Shown in pieces: positions 62,111 through 64,000 of a stretch of DNA of 64,000 nt (its first letter is position 1; the number at the start of each line of letters is the position of its first letter). The notes beneath the pieces were generated by a model, which saw only the letters and a list, made by a program, of their open reading frames with translations, did not search any database and was not told where the DNA came from. The stretch covers positions 181,476,001 to 181,540,000 of the forward strand of contig NC_086097.1 in assembly GCF_963921235.1 (NCBI RefSeq), given 5' to 3'. Both the position numbers and the translations under genes were made by a program. Origin of the DNA: Mobula hypostoma (Eukaryota).

Positions 62111-64000
62111 AAGAGACTGGATGAACTGGACTTGTTTTTGCTGGAGTGAAGAAGGCAGAAGGGTGACCTGATAGCAAATATATTAAACTATAAGAGGCAC
62201 AGAGCAGGTATATAGTCAGAATCTTTATTCCAATAGCAAGGCAAGGTATCGAAAGATGCAGAACTATACCAGGTAAATGGGCAAAAAAAGGTCTGCATGG
62301 TCATAGAGGATTGACGCACCAGTTTCTGTGTGGTTCAACTCTGACTGTTACCTGGATGGAAGATGTATGCCTTATATTCTAAATGGAGCCATTTATCACT
62401 GAACCAGCCTCAACACTTGCCTTGGAAGCCATACCTGTGATTCTTGGTCCTATACATGAGTGAAGTCAAATGAGCTGTGCCAATACCAGGCATTTCTTGC
62501 AGAGTCAGTCAACTGTTTACTCTTTTCTATAGAAGCTGCCTGGCCTGCTGAGTTCCTCCAGCATTTTGTGTGTATTCCTATCAGAGTCACGCCTATGAGC
62601 CATGCATTCCCAGAAGACGCACCAGTAAACTGTACGTTTCCAGAAGACTCACACCAATTAAAATGGCTTACAAATTTGATGCTGGTTTGTAGTTCTGACC
62701 TAAAATGGCTCTCTAATCCAAAGGTCTCATTTATATACTGCTTCAAAAGAACAGGCCAAATGAAGTAGGGAGGTGGTGTTAATCAAAATATTTCCAGAGC
62801 AGATACAGAAGTAGTGGAAAGTGATGTGGAATTGATTGGATTTAAAATCATGAGCAGCAGGAAAAGAAAGATAAGTATGGGAATAATTTATAGACCACTA
62901 AAATAGGACTTCTCAGCAAGGCAAAGCACAAATATGGACTACCAAGGACACCTTTAAAGAGCACTGCAATTATCTTGGGAGATTTTAATCTACATGCTGA
63001 TATGATGAAACTGACAAAGACATAGTAGAAGAATTTGTGGAATGTATCATGGACTGATTTTTAGAGCAGTACATTGTGGATTGTGTCCAAGGAATGGGAT
63101 ATGTTTGGCTTGGTCTAATTTTAAAAAGGGATTTTCTGGTTAAAAAGAAAAAATAAACTCTTGACCTCACAATCTACCTTGTGGTTAGTTCTTGCACCTC
63201 ATTGTTTGCCTGCACTGCACTTTCTCCAACCGTTACTGCTTCTCCCTTGTCCTACCTTGATGTACTTGTGTTTTGAAATTATCTGTGTGAGTGGCATGCA
63301 AAACTAAAATTATCACTGTACCTCAGTATGTGTGACAGTTAATAAATCAATTACCAATTAAAAGATCCTTCAGGAGGTTTGTGACTACAATTTGATGGAA
63401 TACCAAATGAAATTTTAGGATGAAGCAGTTTTCAAAAATGGTGTGCAGGCTGGAGTTGCCTAAGCTGGACTGGGTACAGACAAATCAGAATCAGGTTTAT
63501 TATCATTGGCATGTGACGTGAACTTTGTTGACTTAGCAGCAGTAGTTCAATGCAATACATAAAATAGAAGAAAAAATAAAATAACATTAATAAACAAATC
63601 TTATTCAGTAGACCTAATACTATATATATATATACATATATTGAATAGATTTTAAATAATGCAAAAAACAGAAATACTATGTATTTTTAAAAAGTGAGGT
63701 AGTGTCCAAGGGTTCAATGTCCATTTAAGAATCGGATGGCAGTAGAGAACATTGGAAGACATTCAAACAGTTGATCTATAACCGAGACACAAGAGACTAC
63801 AGATGCTGGAATCCAGAACAACGAATAATCTGCTGGAGGAACTTCAGCGGGTCAAGCAAGAATTTATTGGGGTGGGGGGAGAGAAGGAATTGTCAACATT
63901 TCAGGTCATAATCCTGTATCAAGACCCTGCTCAGCAAGGGGTTATCTCAATTCTTATCAATGCACCATCTTTGCTGGATGCTTCATAGCTTGATATGGCA

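Noticed and set aside
55224..64000. Exons of a neighbouring gene such as FASTK
   Set aside because: No recognisable non-TE coding exon found on either strand

Overview
Eukaryotic, intron-rich vertebrate DNA. The repeat content (abundant CR1 LINEs, V-SINEs, Penelope-derived short elements) suggests a cartilaginous fish, probably a ray; this is inference. The window holds the 3' 18 coding exons (2845-55223, + strand) of an anion exchanger 2 gene (slc4a2/AE2). All junctions are GT-AG and phase-consistent, giving 3055 nt (1017 full codons plus stop); the N-terminal exons lie upstream of the window. Introns carry CR1 and Rex/Babar-like LINE fragments, V-SINEs, a full-length dead Tc1 transposon, small DNA MITEs, two young Neptune-type Penelope (GIY-YIG) copies and a 2.3 kb pyrimidine-rich minisatellite block. 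Main hunt results: (1) an intact minimal hammerhead ribozyme in the sense-oriented Penelope tail; (2) a dispersed family of Penelope-tail-derived, often fold-back elements with hammerhead relics and 10-16 bp target-site duplications; (3) an inverted Penelope pair bracketing five exons that would form a 741-nt stop-free circle; (4) an exon fragment copied into the upstream intron; (5) a fourfold tandem duplication of a splice donor; (6) unusual substitutions near the AE2 transport site. No prokaryotic-type system is present.
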